Positions 60,560-64,000 of a DNA stretch of 64,000 nucleotides are shown one piece after another; the first letter of the stretch is position 1, and each line of letters begins with the position of its first letter. The DNA is from Klebsormidium nitens (Eukaryota; Plantae; Klebsormidiophyceae). The stretch covers positions 62,001-126,000 of the forward strand of contig DF236986.1 in the NCBI GenBank assembly GCA_000708835.1, given 5' to 3'. The position numbers were made by a program, and so were the translations under genes. Under the pieces are notes generated by a model. That model was given only the letters and a program-made list of their open reading frames with translations. It made no database searches and was not told the origin of the DNA.

Positions 60560-63500
60560 ATGGCGGACAGACAGCCCCCAGCCTCGCAGTCTGAAAAGAA
60601 GGAAAAGAGCTTTGGAGAGTTTGAGACGGCGGCAAATGAGCTTCTTGAGAGGAGCCGCCAATTGCTGGAAGCAGCAGCTGCATACAGCAGCAAGTTAAAA
60701 GCAGAGGGCGATGCAATTGGGAGCCAGGCAACAGCCCTGGGAAAGGACATCAAGGCGCTGCAGATTGAGGTTTCTAAAGCAGCGGACAGGGATGAGATCA
60801 GCGTCGATGAAGCAGAGAAGGTGTGGTGTTTCTCTTGTGTTGTTTTTGTAAAAGGGAGGTCTTGCACGGTATGTTTTCTCTTCTGCATCCTTCATGTTGA
60901 CATTTGATGTAATGCCGTGGAAAGGAAGAAACGATTGAGAAGGGGCAGCGCTGGAATGTTGGTGACTTGGAACGAGATTTAATCTTGTCGCAGGGGGAAG
61001 GCAATTGGGACTGTGCAAGCGGAGGGCCGCCAGAATGAGGTTTCCTGACCACTTATAGTAAAGCCAAGACATTCAGCAATCACCATCATTTATAGGAATG
61101 AAAGTCTCTGAGGTCCAAAAAGCATGATTCTGCGCAAACCAATACATGCAGAACAACCTTGTGCTTCCTCATCCTTGTCATTGTACAAACAACGCTGTCC
61201 CATTCGTACTTGGAACAAATGGATGCATTCTGATGCAGTTGGAGGATGAGATCAAACGGGCGAGAAGCGCTGTCTATGATGGGGACGTCACTGCCCTGAT
61301 GCCTCACAAGGCCAACGGTGAGTCAGGTTCCGTGATTCACCAGTATTTGACTCGCGTACAGCACGAAAAAGGGCGCACTTCTATAATGCCCCAGAGAAAC
61401 ATCTTCTGCTTAGAATCCAATTGGATGATTGCCAAATTGCCCCAGAGCGATGTATATAGAGATGTCAAGCACTGCATTGACGGCGTTGCAGCACAACAAA
61501 CACAAGCGAAGAGCAATGACTGAATCCCTTAGACGTTCTGTATTCCGATGCAACCCAGATGACCGCGCAGGAAAGTTTTCTGAAGAAATGTGGGAATCTC
61601 TTAACTTGCTTTTGGAAGGCTGCGGGTGCAAGTCTTTCAAAGAAGTGCGACTCCAAATTGGTAATTGCCTAAACAAAGGTCCCCTGAGGTCACAAAATGT
61701 GTTTCGGCTTTCGCTGTGGCTGGTTAGACTGTGTAATTGTCCATCTAGCTTTCCTCCTTTGATGCCTTCGCATACTGAGAAGGAGAGTAACGTTAATGTT
61801 CTGCAACACCTATGGGCGACAGCGCTTGGAACAAGACCAAAATTTTCAAGGCGTCCGCACTGGAAAGCACTGAAAGTCCTGTCATAGCGGTCTGCAATCT
61901 TGACCATGGGATGCCATCTGGTTGCCCCATTCAGAGTTGCTTTAAGCACTGCTTTGAAATTACAGGCATATCCCTGCGCACTTTAGAAACGCAGAAGTGG
62001 AGATGGTGCTACCCTTCTAAACTTCACCCAAGGCAACCTCTTAAACAATGAGATGGCATGCTGCTGGGTTGTGCCGGATGCAGGGGCAGAACTGATAGCT
62101 TATGAGCGACGTGCTTAGCGCCTGGTGTTCCATACCATAGCTGATCCTCCCCTTGACTCTCCCCGCTCCCTGACACAAGCGCGTCCACAGGATGTGGTGG
62201 CTGCGCCTAGTGAGGAGTTCCTCATCGCCCGCAAACGAGACCACCCATCACATACAAACACGTAGCATACCTTACGCTCCCTTTGTGTTCTCCCTCAGGC
62301 ACATTTATGGGCATGCTGCTCGGCAACGTGAACGTCGTCGCCGCACGGCGCGAGGTGCGCTTTAAGGTGAAGGAGGAGTACAACACGTACCGTGACCGCA
62401 CCGCGCTCGTCTTCCTCACCTTCCCCTCCGTGCTGCTCTTCCTAAAGCACTATTATGCGGGCCAGTGCCTGCCGGGACTGCTCGTGACAGCCTACTCCGC
62501 GTGGCTGCTCTTCTTCTACACGAGCCTCGCGCTGCGCGAAAACATTCTCAAGATCAATGGGAGTGACATCCGGCCCTGGTAAGTGTGTTTGTCAATTTGG
62601 GGTCTCTGGAATTGTTTATCTGACTTTTTTTATAGATACCAGTGTTTGGCCTTGAACTTGAGGCTAAGCGAGTCGTTTTTGCCTTTTCAGTGTAACCAAC
62701 GATGGAGTCTGGGGTTGTTCTGCGGGCTTGTCTGATGATACTTTTCACGGTAGAGTTGAAACCTGCGGGCATGAATGTTGTTACCGTTGCGGTACAGTCC
62801 ATCTTTTCTTGCACGAACAGGGTTTGCACATGGAACCTCTATAAACACAGAGCGCATCGAGATCTGCCCCTGGACCGTGACAGAGTCGCTCAACTTCCGT
62901 TCAATCGCATTCCCAGTTCTTCAGGTAATATCAACACCAAAGCTTTGCCAGACTGCGGGTTCCCAGCCTGACTTGAGACGCGACAATATGACACACTCTG
63001 AATACAGTCGCTTAACCTCATTCTGACCACTCTCTTAACCCCTTCCAGGTGGATTCAGCACCACTACTTCGCCATGCTGATGGCTCCCAGCCTGACTTAC
63101 GACGCGAAATTATGACGCGGTCAGAAAATAGTGGCTTAACCTCATCCTGACCACTCTCTTAACCTTGCCAGGTTGATCCAGCACCACTACTTCGCCATGC
63201 CGATGGTGCTGGTCAGCCTGACTTGGGACGCGACGATATGACACACTCTGAAACCAGTCGCTTAACCTCATCCTGACCACTCTCTTAAACCTCCCAGGTG
63301 GATCCAGCACCACTACTTTGCCATGCTGATGGCTTCCCGCCTGTAACCAGATCCGTAAGTTTCTTGCAATACCAGTTGCTTACCCTAACCACCTTCTTAA
63401 ACCTTCCAGGTGGATCCAGCACCACGACTTCGCCATGCTAATGGCTCCCCGCCTGTTTGAGACGCAACATTACGACGAACTGATAACAGTGGCTTAACCT

Positions 63501-63725
63501 CACCCTAACCATTCGCTTAACCCTTCCAGGTGGATCCAGCACCACTACTTCGCCATGCTGATGGCGCTGGTCAGCCTGACGTGGGGCGTGGAGGGCTCCG
63601 ACTGCCTCCAGAAGCAGGAGAGCGTCAGCCTGTTCCTCCTGTGGGCCGTCATGCAGGGCGTCGTGATGCTGCTCCAGAATCGCTACCAGAGGCGACGCAT
63701 GTACACCCGCATTGCTTTGGGAAAG
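60560..63725 (+). CDS. TMEM120: TMEM120 (TMPIT-like) family membrane protein, 5' part; no stop found in the window
   Basis: Exons 60560-60820, 61239-61317, 62299-62578, 63530-63725, phases consistent. N-terminal coiled coil, then RFKVKEEYNTYRDRT, LRENILKINGSDIRPW|WIQHHY and LQNRYQRRRMYTRIALGK family motifs. Ends at a GT donor at 63726. Confidence 0.93.
62880..63580 (+). repeat. Six ~120-bp tandem units, each an intron 3' end plus acceptor plus start of TMEM120 exon 4
   Basis: CTTAAC...CCAG|GTGGATCCAGCACCACTACTTCGCCATGCTGATGG with AG at 62923-62924 (degenerate), 63047-63048, 63170-63171, 63296-63297, 63408-63409 and 63528-63529 (real). Confidence 0.92.
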
Positions 63726-64000
63726 GTGCGCTGCAATTCATTGGAATGGGGCGTCAGAAAACGGGTCATGGAGAACATGGATTTGCGGCCACTCTCCGCG
63801 AGCGCCCTTGGCTAAAATTTCAGGGCCGATCAATGATTAACCTTGATGACGAGATAATCCCAATTAGTCGATTCGAAGGGTGATAGCTGAGGGAAATCCT
63901 TGAAAGCTGGCCGGGAGTCCGGGTCCCTTTTCCATCCACTCGGTCAAGTGGGGCTTCGTGGTACCATGGCGACCCTCATTTGGTCAAGAAATAGTCGCTG

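Noticed and set aside
62880-63580. Regularly spaced repeats resembling a CRISPR array
   Set aside because: Units are exon/intron junction copies with related, not unique, spacers; eukaryotic context and no cas genes.
1-64000. tRNA, rRNA, snRNA genes, telomere arrays, LTR retroelements or viral hallmark genes
   Set aside because: None recognised by eye; tRNAscan-SE, Infernal and RepeatMasker would be needed to exclude them formally.

Overview
Intron-rich eukaryotic nuclear DNA. Plant-type genes, GC-rich exons with GT-AG introns and a standard-code mitochondrial cox3 scrap suggest a streptophyte green alga (Klebsormidium-like; inference). Five spliced genes could be assembled by hand with phase-consistent junctions: SPPL1-type signal peptide peptidase-like protease (-, 3050-7670), plant-type methionine gamma-lyase (+, 8629-20323, 15 exons), a probably secreted protein made almost only of LDL-receptor class A repeats (-, ~43703-52346), an RCC1-repeat protein (-, ~54536-60085, 3' end open) and a TMEM120-family membrane protein (+, from 60560, last exon seen ends 63725, no stop found in the window). 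Between MGL and the LDLa gene lies a ~17 kb array of degenerate ~2.3 kb units of unknown origin. It contains one near-perfect 104-nt fold-back and is bracketed by a decayed ~20 kb-offset duplicate of the MGL 3' end. The most striking recurring pattern: in four of the five genes, introns contain 110-210 bp (or shorter) tandem copies of the adjacent exon/intron junction, forming decoy donors downstream of the real donor or decoy acceptors upstream of the real acceptor. Also present: two small TIR elements, a probable MULE transposase relic in MGL intron 7, and a 90-bp cox3 fragment. No rRNA, tRNA or CRISPR array was seen. All alignments were done by eye; no identities were computed.
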